From the human T2T-CHM13v2.0 reference genome, Homo sapiens: a stretch of DNA of 64,000 nucleotides. Made by a program: the position numbers and the translations under genes. The notes under the pieces were generated by a model that saw only the letters and a list, made by a program, of their open reading frames with translations, was not told where the DNA came from and made no database searches. The DNA is taken from assembly GCF_009914755.1 (NCBI RefSeq), contig NC_060931.1. One strand, given 5' to 3'. Below, one piece after another: positions 1-13,884 of the stretch (its first letter is position 1; each line of letters starts with the position of its first letter).

Positions 1-8
1 GGAAGTGT

Positions 9-439
<431 letters not shown>

Positions 440-679
440 TTAAATGGACATTTAGGGGGAGTTTTTACATTTAAACCCAAGGCTCTGAAATTGAACAAAA
501 GCAATTTTGAGCTACAGTTGGCTGGGAGATTCCACGGCTCTCTGCTCCCCTGGGGCTCAGGACTGTACAGTGGTATGGTTGAGGCTTGAATTATGTGCCC
601 GATGTGGCTGTAACTCAGTCTGCATCCTAGCCTCCCATGGTGGCCCTGTAGCCTACAGGCATATCATAAAAACGCTGCA

Positions 680-1320
680 GTGGCTGTTAGTGGGAATGGA
701 AAATGGTGCAGCTACTATGAGGCAGTATGGTGTTCCTCAAAAAATTAAAAATAGAACTACCATATGATCCTGCAATTCTACTTCTGGGTATATAGCCAAA
801 AGAAAAAGAAAGGTCCCGAGGAGATGTTTGCAAATCCATGTTCATAGCAGCATTCGTTATAATAGCCAAAAGGCAGAGGCAGCCCAAATATGCGTTGATG
901 GGTGAATGGATAAACAAAACATGGTCCATACACACAATGGAATATTATTCAGACTTAAAAAGGAAGGAGATTCTGACACAGGCTACCACATGGATAAATC
1001 CTGGGGACATTCTGCTAAGTGAAAGGTACCTATTCTAGGTGCCTCATATAAGTGGAATCATACACTTACGTGGGGCACCTAGAATAGGTACATAAAGACA
1101 GAAGCTAGAGGGTTGTTGCCAGGGGCTGGGGGGCTAGGAGCTATGGGGGGCTGTTTTTCAATGGAGTAGAGCTTCAGTTTTGCAAGATGAAATGAGTTTC
1201 AGAGATGGATGGTGGTGACGGTTGTGCAATAACTTGAATGTACTTAACATTATTGAACTGAACACTAAAAATGGTACATTTAGATGGTACATTTTATGTG
1301 ATGTATATTTTACTGTAATT
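680..1320 (+). mobile_element. L1 3' end (L1MB-like)
   Basis: L1 ORF2-end and 3' UTR motifs (agaactaccatatgatcctgcaattctacttctgggtata; caatggaatattattcag; gtacttaacattattgaactg). Confidence 0.9.
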
Positions 1321-2099
1321 TTGTTTAAGTCTGTAGTGGGAAAGGCTTCAACCTCCATGAGCCCTACTCTATTACGGCAGTGCACAGCTGTGGCCTCTGG
1401 GGCCAAGTGAAACATGACTCCTCACACCAGAACCACGACCCCCAAAAGCTTTCCTGGAATGACCTTGAGTCTCTGCCTTCTATTTTCCTGCAAAAATAAA
1501 AGGTTTTGTTTGTTTGTTTTTCTAGCCACAGAAACAAGGAATAGGTGTTTAGAAACACCCCACTGTCTGCTCCTCTGTGGACCATTCTGGGGTTTTTCCC
1601 CTGAAGTGAGCCTAGAATCTTCCACCCTAAGGACCTGGCCTTCCCAGAAGCCCTGAGGCCCAGAAGCTTGAATAAGTCCCCAGACAGCACCACAAGGGGA
1701 GACACTCTCACAACAGCAGTCCTACTATTGGCCACACCTCATGTGATCTGCTGCAAGAGCAGCGTGCCCCCTCCCCTGATGGGGGTCAGCTAGCAAAGCC
1801 CCCTCCACCACCCACACCATCCCCTCCTCTGAGATCAGAGCCTCCAGGGGAGAGGAGGAGCCCGTGTAATCCCCAGAGCCTCTCTCCAGCAACAGAGAAG
1901 AGCCATGAGCTTCTGCTTCAGGTACAGGCAGACCTTGCTCCAGCCTCCTAAGACCCTTTTTGCTTCAGCCTTGTCCCCTCCAGCCCCTTCTCCATGTGGC
2001 CACCTGCTGACCTCTGCTCACACATCCAAGTAGGCCACTGCCATGCACCAACCTTCATTGGCTCCCTACTGCCCTCAGGAACAAATGCCCAAGACTGTG

Positions 2100-2390
2100 T
2101 GAGGCCTCCAGCCTCATTCCCAGAAGCTCCCTGTCTTCATGCTCCTAAGCCCCACACATCCCTGCCTTTTCCTAAGTGTATCCCCTTTGAACCCCAGTCA
2201 ATCAGTCAAGTCCCTTTTCTATAGGATGCACATTGTTGGATTGTTCTCAATGTAGCATGGTGATTGATCCTCTCCATGTCCTGCTCACCCCTCCAGGTGC
2301 CTCCAGTTTGCTCATATCCTCAATACAGCAGGACATCCAGGACTGACCACGTATATCAGGGGTGACTCCAACAGCACAGAGAACAGCCAA
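2100..2390 (-). mobile_element. L3/CR1 fragment
   Basis: Resembles the reverse CR1 3' region (ctccagtttgctcatatcc...ccaggactgacc...cagcacagagaacag). Confidence 0.45.
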
Positions 2391-2920
2391 CGGGTTCAGG
2401 GAACGGCTTCACAGGTTTGAGACACCATAACTAGGACAAAGACCAACTAAAGACCATGGACCCAAATTGTGGATGGAGGGATTTAAGATGAACTTCCAAC
2501 CATTTGGATGAGCTCCAGGAGGTCATCTCTATCTCCCTGGAAATGCCCATGGGTAAGTCAGCCACAGACCTGGCTGGGTCACTGTGGATACAGCCTGGAG
2601 GGAGATAGGAGGATGGGTAAGGTCTAGGAGTTCTTCTGCCCCTGTGAGTTACAGAATCCCTTTACTGGGATCTCCAGTCATTTCTTTATTCTGATGGCTG
2701 CAGATAAGATTATTCTTTCATTTTTTTAGTCACAGAGGGGAAATCCTTAAAAAATAACCGTCTTTTACTCTGGGCAAATTGTCAGCCCACTGAAGAACAG
2801 GAGCTGATGCTCATGCCAGCCACCATGTGCCACATGGGTAGTGCCACCAAGAGATCAGAAACTAACAATGGAAGGGAAGGATGGAGTTTCTAACGCTTCT
2901 TTGGAGTCCTTGGAAGACTG

Positions 2921-3637
<717 letters not shown>

Positions 3638-3964
3638 GATGGGAGGCACGGAGTCCATGCCAGAGGCCAGCTTCTGTGAACAGGGCTTGGAACTGCAACA
3701 CTTTTCCTAAATTCCTACCAGGTTTTCCCTTCTGGCAGCCTGGTCATGGCATTTAACCTCTCTGAGCCTCAATCTCCACTCCTGTTAAATGGAGATGATG
3801 CTACCAACCATGTACATGAAACGATTTTGCAAACTGCAAGGCATGATATACATATAAGTTTTAAGAAGTTTCTAGAGTAAATAAGATTGGTATAAAGCTA
3901 ACAACTTGATTTCAGTGGAAGAATGCCTAACTCAAGGCAGACAGCGTCATTATTTAGAGAATGA

Positions 3965-4397
3965 GGCTGGGCACTTTGGGAGGCCAAGGTGGGAGGATCA
4001 CTTGAGGCCAGGAGGTCAAGAGCAGCCTGGGCAACATAGCGAGATCCTGTCTACAAAAAAAAATTTTAATACAATAAACAAATTAGCTAGGCATGGTGGT
4101 GTGCCCCTATAGTCCCACCTACTCGGGAGGCCAAGGCTGGAGGATTGCTTGAGGCCAGGAGTTTGAGACCAGTCTGGGCAACATAGCAAGGCTCCATCTC
4201 TATAAAAAATAAAGTTTTTAAAAAATTAGCCAGGCATGGTGACATGTGCCTGTATCCCAGCTACTCAGGAGGCTAAGGTGGGAGGATCACTTGAGGCAAG
4301 GAGATCAAGGCTGCAGTGAGCCTGTGATTGTACCACTACACTCCAGCCTGGAGCCTGGGTGACAGAGTGAAACCCTAACTCAAAAAAAAAAAAAAAA
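3965..4397 (+). mobile_element. Trimeric AluJ-like element
   Basis: Left arm, hybrid right/left arm, right arm and A16 tail, bounded by TSD agagaatga (3956-3964; 4405-4413). Confidence 0.85.
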
Positions 4398-4623
4398 GTT
4401 GGGGAGAGAATGAAACGTGAAGTTCCCAGATGGGCAGAGAGGCAGGAGGAATAGGCCGGAGGGATGCTGAGGAGTGACCAACTTGCAAACAACTCTGGAG
4501 AACCCAAGAATGTTAGCCGATCCCCAGGCTGCCCGGCTCTTAGTCACCTTGAGTTACGACCGGCACTTGTGCATCATCGCTAGTTCAAGGCCTGGAGCTA
4601 CTACCCCTCTCCCGCAGGACCTG

Positions 4624-4742
4624 AGCCAATGGCTACGCTCAAAGTTTCAGCCCATCCATGAGTGGCCAATGGTGAGCAGAGAGACAAAGGCACGGCAGCC
4701 CCTCTCATCTAGCCCTGCAGCATGGTGAGGCCGGGAATTCCC
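4624..4742. promoter_or_regulatory. Candidate regulatory cluster: two NF-Y CCAAT boxes plus a palindromic NF-kB site
   Basis: AGCCAATGG (CCAAT 4626-4630), GGCCAATGG (CCAAT 4666-4670), GGGAATTCCC (4733-4742). Motif matches only. Confidence 0.35.
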
Positions 4743-6273
4743 TCCCACTTCTAATTTCAAGTCACCCTGGGGTCCATGCTCAATAGGGACATGCTCAATC
4801 AGGCAGTCAGTTTCTGGTGACCAAGCATCCCTTCCCCTGGGCCTTGGGGACTCAGGCAATGGCCGAGCGCCACAGCCCCCACTTCCCCTTAAGTGTGATA
4901 GATGGACTGAGTTTTCCTGGCAGTTGAAACACTTTGCATTGATTTGTGTATTAGTTTGTATATTGTTTTGAGAGACCAATTTCAAGAGAAGCTGGGCCTG
5001 TTGTCCATCAAAGCCCCACGGTGCTTTATCTTCATTCTGAGCTGGCTGCTCGTCAGACGCAGGGCAGGCTGCTGCCAAGAGAGCCCGCTGCCGAGGACCT
5101 CCGTCTATCACTGCCTGGGGGACACGCTGCCTTGGGATTGTTCAAACTCCAGGGAAAGGACAGTTATCCACACCCACCCACTGTGCTCCTTGGAGAAGAT
5201 CTGAGCTCTTCTGGTTGGAATTCTTGGGTCTTTGGGATTCTCAACATTTCCAGAGATGAGGAGGCTATAGGAATACTTACAACCATTTTACAGCTTAGGG
5301 AAACAGAGTCAAGTGCCGTAAAATGGACACACACAAAACACTCTCGGGAGCTGGGTCCCTAAGTTACACAGAGAACCTGGCTTCCCTGGTCTTAGCAGAT
5401 CTCACAGCCCCTTCACCCCGGCCTGTGACACACACAGCCCTCCAGACCTTCCTCCACCTGCACCACTAGGTTTATGCTAGAAGGTTCCCAGTGTGCCCAC
5501 TTCTAAGCAGTCTTTGCTGAGGGGGATGAAGAAAAGGGGACCTGCCAAGAGGCCACTGAGGTGGAGGAGTCCTCGGAGACTAAAGCAGCAGAAGTTTGGA
5601 GAACCTCTTCAAAAGAGACAGGAGAAGCAAGGCTGCGTGCGAGTCAGGAAGAACAGGCATGGTTTAAATCTTTTTTCTTGGAGAGTAAACATTGTCACAT
5701 TTCTGCCTCTGCTGCTTCAGAGGATGCGCCTCTCTGGACAGCCCTTCAGGCATCAGCCTGTTGGCAGCCGCGCGTCCTGGAATACGGGGTCGCTGGACAT
5801 AAATCCATCTGTACTGGCCGGGGCTGACAGCGACTGTCAGTCCCCAGGACAGGGTCACCACCTTTCTCTCCCTTCTTCTCTCTCCTCTTCCCACTGTTTC
5901 AAGGACAGCAGAGTCTTATGGATTTTTCTTCTCCTGTCTTGAATGTGCAAAGGTCCAGGGGACCACAGCAATGCCACCTTCTGGTGTCAAGAGGGAGGTG
6001 GAGGCAGGCACTGAATAAGGTCCCAGGCGCTCCTTGCCCTGGAATTTTGATTCTTCAAAGGGCATCAGAATGCGGTGACCAGCAGCACACAGCAACCAGT
6101 CTCTCAGCGGGGCTTTAGGCATGGTCACTTGGGCTTGCCCAGGGAACCTCATCCCGGAGGATCTTCCAGGAAGCCTGAGGTCTCCTACTAATGGAACTGT
6201 GACTGGCTCACCCAGAGGGGGTCAGGTTGGGACCTTGGAGTGGGCACTAGATGAAGCAAATGGGATTGACTCT

Positions 6274-6279
6274 AATAAA
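6274..6279 (+). terminator. Candidate poly(A) signal of a plus-strand lncRNA terminal exon
   Basis: AATAAA ends a ~1.8-kb repeat-poor segment. From memory a plus-strand lncRNA (FLJ40288) lies between PLXNA4 and CHCHD3; this is not verifiable here. Confidence 0.35.
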
Positions 6280-6541
6280 AACATGGAAGAAAAAAATCAG
6301 AGACCTTCAGTTCATATCTGACCCTTGCGTACTCCCATTTGTGGGACCCCACAGCCCTTCCTCTCACCTTCTGTAAGGAGTATAATGTTCTGGATCCTTC
6401 CATTCTCCTCCCCTCAACCTACCTGTTCAAAATGTAGACAGCTCACCAATATATGAAAAGATGCTCAACCTCATTCAGAACAAAAGAAATACAAATTAAA
6501 ACTACTCTGAGATTCTATTATCACTATCAAGTTGGGAAAAG

Positions 6542-6690
6542 GGCCGGGCACGGTGGCTCACACCTATAATCCCAGCACTTTGGAGGGGCCAAGGCGGGAG
6601 GATGGCTTGAGGCCAGGAGTTCGAGACCAGCCTGCACAACATAGTGAGACCTCATTTCTGCAAAAATAAATAAATAAATAAATAAATAAA
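6542..6690 (+). mobile_element. FLAM (free left Alu monomer) with (TAAA)n tail
   Basis: Single left arm; TSD aagttgggaaaag / aagttggcaaaag. Confidence 0.9.
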
Positions 6691-6787
6691 TTATATTTTT
6701 TAAGTTGGCAAAAGGCTGCAAGTGTGATAACAAACAGTGCTGACAACACTGTGGGGAAACAGACCCTCAAATTCACTAATGGTAGGC

Positions 6788-7872
<1,085 letters not shown>

Positions 7873-8207
7873 AAAAAAAGATGAAAAAAAAAATCACACT
7901 TTCAAAATTACCAGAATGTGTATCTTTGACCTAGAAACTCCGCTTCTAGGAATTATCTTACTGACACACTTAGCAGCAAGCAAAATGATATAAATACAAC
8001 CTTATACATTTTGGCATTGCTTATAGCAGTAAAAGAATGGAAACAGCCAAATTGTCATCTGTATGGGAACTAGTTAAAGTATTGAACATATGTACAATGG
8101 AATTCTATATAGCTATAAAAAAATTGAAGAAGCTCTATATTGACATGGAAAGATTCAAGATACATTGTTAATTGGGGGAGAAAAAGCAAGATGTAGAACA
8201 CTGTTTA

Positions 8208-8566
<359 letters not shown>

Positions 8567-10995
8567 TTAGCTTTTACTTACATTTCTTAAATCTCTGAAG
8601 GTAAGAAACTAACACCAGTGGTGGCTGCTTGAGTAGGGAGAGGAGCAGGTGAGGCACAGGGAGGGAAGGACATTTTGTACTGATGTGTGAACCACACAGA
8701 TGTTAATACCTATCCAAGAAAAATAAACACCTGTACACTCACAGCAGGCAAACTTAGAAGGGACTTTAGAGATCCTATTCCACCCTCTTCCCACTATAAA
8801 GATGTGGAAATGGTGGCCCCAAAGACTCCCTGGCTCAGCCAGCTCTCAGATCTGGTACAGGATTGGCATCAGAATTCAAGGTGCACAGCTCCCAGGTTCA
8901 GTGCTCTTTCAAACATACCCCTAGACTATGCCCCTACCTAGGGCAGAGCACAGCAAGATGTGGGCAATATCTTTGGATCACTAGTCCCTGACACAGCACG
9001 TGCCCCCTCTTTATGAAAAGTTTTCAGAATGAATAAACATCGTATTGCACTTTCTGTGAGCCTCAAACCTCTGGCTAAGCTAATTAATTAATTAATCAAA
9101 GTGACGGCAATTTACATTCCCCAACCATGATCGTCACATTTTCCTGGAAGCCATGAATGGTAGGATCACAGGCCCTTCAGCTAAGGAAACATGTCTAGGG
9201 AGGAGCCCTTTACCACCCCTCAAGTGAAATGCCATTGGACAATTTCCTGCATTTCACCTTCTTGCAGAATCAACCTATGTACAGAACAAGAAAGGGAAGA
9301 AACTGATTAGGTGGACACAGCCAATGTTTAACATACTTAACACAGCAACTCAGGAGAAGAGAACTTATTTATGTGCACAAACATTGGCCAACAAAACCAG
9401 TGCCCATAGGGCATGGCCTTTGAATGGTGTAGGCTGCAGTGGCGATTTGGTGGGTGGCATCTTGCATCATGCCCACCCTTTTCCTTGGTCAAACGTAGCA
9501 ATTTAACTCCAAACATTCTTGCAAGATGGTTGGCAGATGTGCCTTTCAAAACCTGGGATGTGAAGCAAATGAGCATCATCCTCTAATGGCGGCCTGCTAC
9601 CCATGCCCAGACAGACACGGCACTCACCCTGGCCAGGGGCAAAACCTCAGAACCCTCCAGAACATAACTGTTCATCATCCATAACGTGTGACAAACCAGG
9701 ATGCGTCTAAACAGGCCAGGAGAGTTCCAAGGGGCACAAGCTAAGTAAGACAATAAACACGTTGTAAGGCAGATTGAGTGAGGCCATCAATGATGGATGA
9801 ATGTTTGGTAAATCAAAGAGATCTAAGGCTTACAAGGACAGCCTCATTGGAGAGCTTTTGGTCACAAATTAGAGGCATGCTTGGGTCCTTAGACACGCTG
9901 AGTTGACTGCTGCAAAGAGAGCAAGAGCGATCAAAGCAGCCAGAGGGAGAACGGGTAAGTGAGATGAATGGAGATCAAATCCCATTATAACCAATTCTAT
10001 TACAAAGAAAATTTCACCTTAACAAAAACATATCCAAGCCCCAGGCATTGGCCCATAATAATCATATATTGTTCAAATAACCTGGTGTGAAGCATGCTGT
10101 TCTTCAGTTCTTCTATAACAGTCCCTAGCTATCACAACACTCCAGCTCACACATCCCCATTTACCGCGTGATGAATTACTGGCAGCGTGTGACAATACCC
10201 GCATTCTTTTCCAACTCCCTTACTGTGGGAGGTGACATTTGAAATGCCCTCTTGGAGGGTGATGTTCTGAAAAACTTTAAGGAATTGGTCTTCACAAGAA
10301 TCTTTACCTCATCTCATAGTTTCCATCAAATGAGCTGCCTAGCTCCAGGATCATTACGAAGATAATTTAAAATGTTAGATAAACACCTCCATAGACGCAG
10401 AAAAACATTGGGGGTCGGGGGGTTATAAAGATATAAACCTTGGTTATTTGCTTACATTTGAACCCAATCTTTTATTTACTTTTAAATTTCTATTAACTTT
10501 TTCACATGCAGAATTTTTTATTTTTAGGGGTTTAAATATAAGATTATTTCTTCTTTCTTTTTTCTGTTTTAATTTTATTATACATATTTAAAGTACATAA
10601 CATGATGTTTTAATATACATATAGAGAATGAAATATTAATAGTTACTATATTGCATTAAAATATCAATTTTCCCACAAATTTGCCCAGTTTTTTTATATA
10701 TAGTAAGAGCACCTAAAATCTACTCTTCTGGGAAAAATCTTGAATGCATGACAATGTGTATCATAGCTTTGCTTCTAACAGAAAAAGACTTGGAAACAAC
10801 ACACATGTTTATCAACAGAATACATAAATAATGATGTAATGGAAAAGTGCATAGTTGTCAAAATTAAGAAACCTAGGGCTTAACATGTATCAATTTGGAT
10901 CCATTGTACAAAAAAAATTTTCAGGCAGATATATGCAGTATGATGCCTTTATATAAAGTAAAAAGTACACAAAGCAAGATATTAAGGACATATGT

Positions 10996-11313
10996 GGCCA
11001 GATGCTGTGGCTCCATGGGATTACAGTAGCCTGTAAACCCAGCAGTTTGGGAGGCCAAGGCCAGAGGATTACTTGAGGCCAGGAGTTCAAGAGTAGCCTG
11101 GGCAACATAGCAAGACCCTGTCTCTACAAAAAAATTTAAAAATTAGCCAGGTGTGGTGGTGCATGCCTGTAGTCCCAGCTACTCTGGAGACTGAGGATGG
11201 AGGATCGGTTGATCCCAGGAGTTTGAGGTTGCAGGGAGCTATGATCCTACCACTGTACTCCTGCCTGGGCAACCAAGCAAGACCCTCCCTGTCTCTTAAA
11301 AAAAAAAAAAAAA
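10996..11313 (+). mobile_element. AluJ within an old L1 fragment
   Basis: Dimeric Alu with an A16 tail and a short inverted insertion near its 5' end. Confidence 0.9.
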
Positions 11314-11464
11314 GTGTAGATATTAAACGTATAAATACGTGATGCATGGAAATGAAAACATCAAAGTTAGAACACTTGTTTCATCTTGGGACAAAATAAC
11401 TATGGTGGGTTTCAACTATACTTACATATTTTGTTTCTTAAACTGAGAGGAAGATGCATAGTAT

Positions 11465-12292
11465 TCATACAGGAGTGCTGGGAAGGGAAGGGTGTGGTCC
11501 CTTTAAGTGAAAGGAAGAAGGGAGGGGAAGGGCTGGGTAGAGGAGGGCGTGGTCCCTGGTTAGGGCTCTACCCTAGGGACCCAGGTGAGGACAGGCACTT
11601 CTGACTTCTCCCAAAACATTGCATTTCCCAAGACCACCCTGGCTTGCCACGCCCCCACCTGAGCCTATAAAAACCGGAGACCCTAGCAAGGCAGAGACAG
11701 AAGCTGTTGGACGGTGAGAGGAACACGTTGGCGGAAGAAGACAAGCAGCTGGATATCGAGGGGACATCGAGGGGAGCATGCTGGCAGAAGAACACACCAA
11801 CAGAGGGACACCCGCACTCTGGCTGGTCTCACAACCCGCAGGACAAGGCAGAGTTTGGCTGGGGCAATCGGAGGAACTCCAGGGAAAAACCATCTCCCTT
11901 CTGGCTCCCCCACCGGCGGAGAGCTACTTCCACTCGATAAAACTTTGCACTCATTCTCCAAGCCCACATGTGATTCGATCCTTCCGGTACACCAAGGTAA
12001 GAACCCAGGATACAGAAAGCCCTCTGTCCTTGCAACAGGTAGAGGGTCTAATTGAGCTGGTTAACACAAGCCTCCTATAGACGGCAAACGAAAAGAGCAC
12101 ACAGCAACACACGCCCACTGGGGCTTCAGGAGCTGTAAACATTCACCCGTGGACACTACCGTGGGGTCAGAGACCCAGAGCCTGCTCGTCTGTATGCTCA
12201 TCTAGAGGTTGGAGCAGCCGGGCACTGAAGAAGCGAGCTACTCCCTCTGTGGCAAACCCTTCGAGGGGGACAAGGGAACCTTTCCCATTTCA
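11465..12292 (+). mobile_element. Solo ERV1 LTR, LTR1 (LTR1A-like) family
   Basis: Starts t(c)atacaggagtgctgggaaggg and ends ttcccatttca; 4-bp TSD GTAT (11461-11464, 12293-12296); GC box ccacgccccc and TATAAAA at 11666. Confidence 0.85.
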
Positions 12293-12689
12293 GTATTCAT
12301 TAAATAGTCTCTGGAGTTTTTTAAAATATCTAAAATATTTCCCAATTTAAAACAAAAAGGAGTCACTGACCAAGAAAATTTGGAATACAAAATTTCGCAT
12401 TTGCATTCCTGGCCCCTCTAAACTAATGTGTCCAGCCCACATTACCCACCTCTGCCCCTCATCTCAGTAGCTGGTCTTATCCTGAGCTATACGTGTCTTG
12501 TCTCCCATTAACCAATAATGTAGCTGATAATCCTGTGACTCTGGCCTTGAGAGTAGGCCAGTGCTCTATTGAAAACAAATTCATGGAAGTCCTTTATTTA
12601 ACTTGCATGAGATTGCTAGTTTATCAGCTAGGTACTAGCAATTTTTTATTATGATTATTATCAACGTATGTTCAGAAAATAAGTTTCTT

Positions 12690-13560
12690 AAATGTATTTT
12701 CATGATGACTAAAGTAATACGTAGTCATTATATAGAATTTGGAAAGTAAGTATCAAGAACAAAATGAAAATCACTTGTATTACCACCATCCAGAGGCACT
12801 GTAAACCAATATGTATATTTATAACATCAGAATCCCACTGAAACATAATTATATATCTTTATTGTTTTCACTTGGCATTTCCTTTGAGAACATAATTTTA
12901 TTAGCAGAATAATATTTCATCTCAGGGATGAATCAGAATTCATCAACCATCTCCACACTGTTAAACATAAAAAGTTTATTTTTTTCCTCTAAAAAAATAT
13001 ATTCAAAGCAGTACTTGTAGTTAAAAAAAAAAAAAAAACACTACTTTTCCACTCAGATTTCAAAGATTCACATAATTGTGATAAAATTACAAGATCACCA
13101 AGTACAACAGGTTTGGGAATAAACAGAGTAGATTCTTAGAAGGCAAGAAACTCTATGAAGCCTTTAGTGCATTCCTGGCATCTATCAGAGCGTGTTACCG
13201 CAGGAACTGGGAGCTGGGTAATTGAAAGTCAGTTAAGAGAGTAGAATCGCTGAATCCAAAAGGTGTGTTATATATGTTTATTTGACAGATATTACCCAAT
13301 TTCCCTTCAGAAGTTCATAACTTACATATGAAACACCAACCATGAAAAGGATAGTTTCTCTGCATCCTGACCACACAGAACACTGCATTTTTATCAAACT
13401 TATAAAAGGTTTGCTAATCTATAAGACCAAAACAATGGTATCTCATTTTTGTTTTGATTTGCATTTAATTATTAGGAAAACTGAGCCTACTTCCATGCTT
13501 CTTTGGCCGTTCATGTTTCTTTTTATGTTACTTCCCCATGCATTCATTGACCTAATTATG
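12690..13560 (-). mobile_element. Old L1 (L1ME-like) fragments
   Basis: Antisense L1 3' motifs (atggtatctcatttttgttttgatttgcattt; aatcgctgaatccaaaagg). Confidence 0.6.
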
Positions 13561-13583
13561 TTTCAGAAATTCTTCGCTCTTCT

Positions 13584-13884
<301 letters not shown>

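Noticed and set aside
4647-5942. ORFs of 113-154 aa
   Set aside because: Mostly non-ATG starts with no recognisable protein similarity or exon structure.
9081-9096. (TAAT)4 homeodomain-like array
   Set aside because: A simple microsatellite with no other support.
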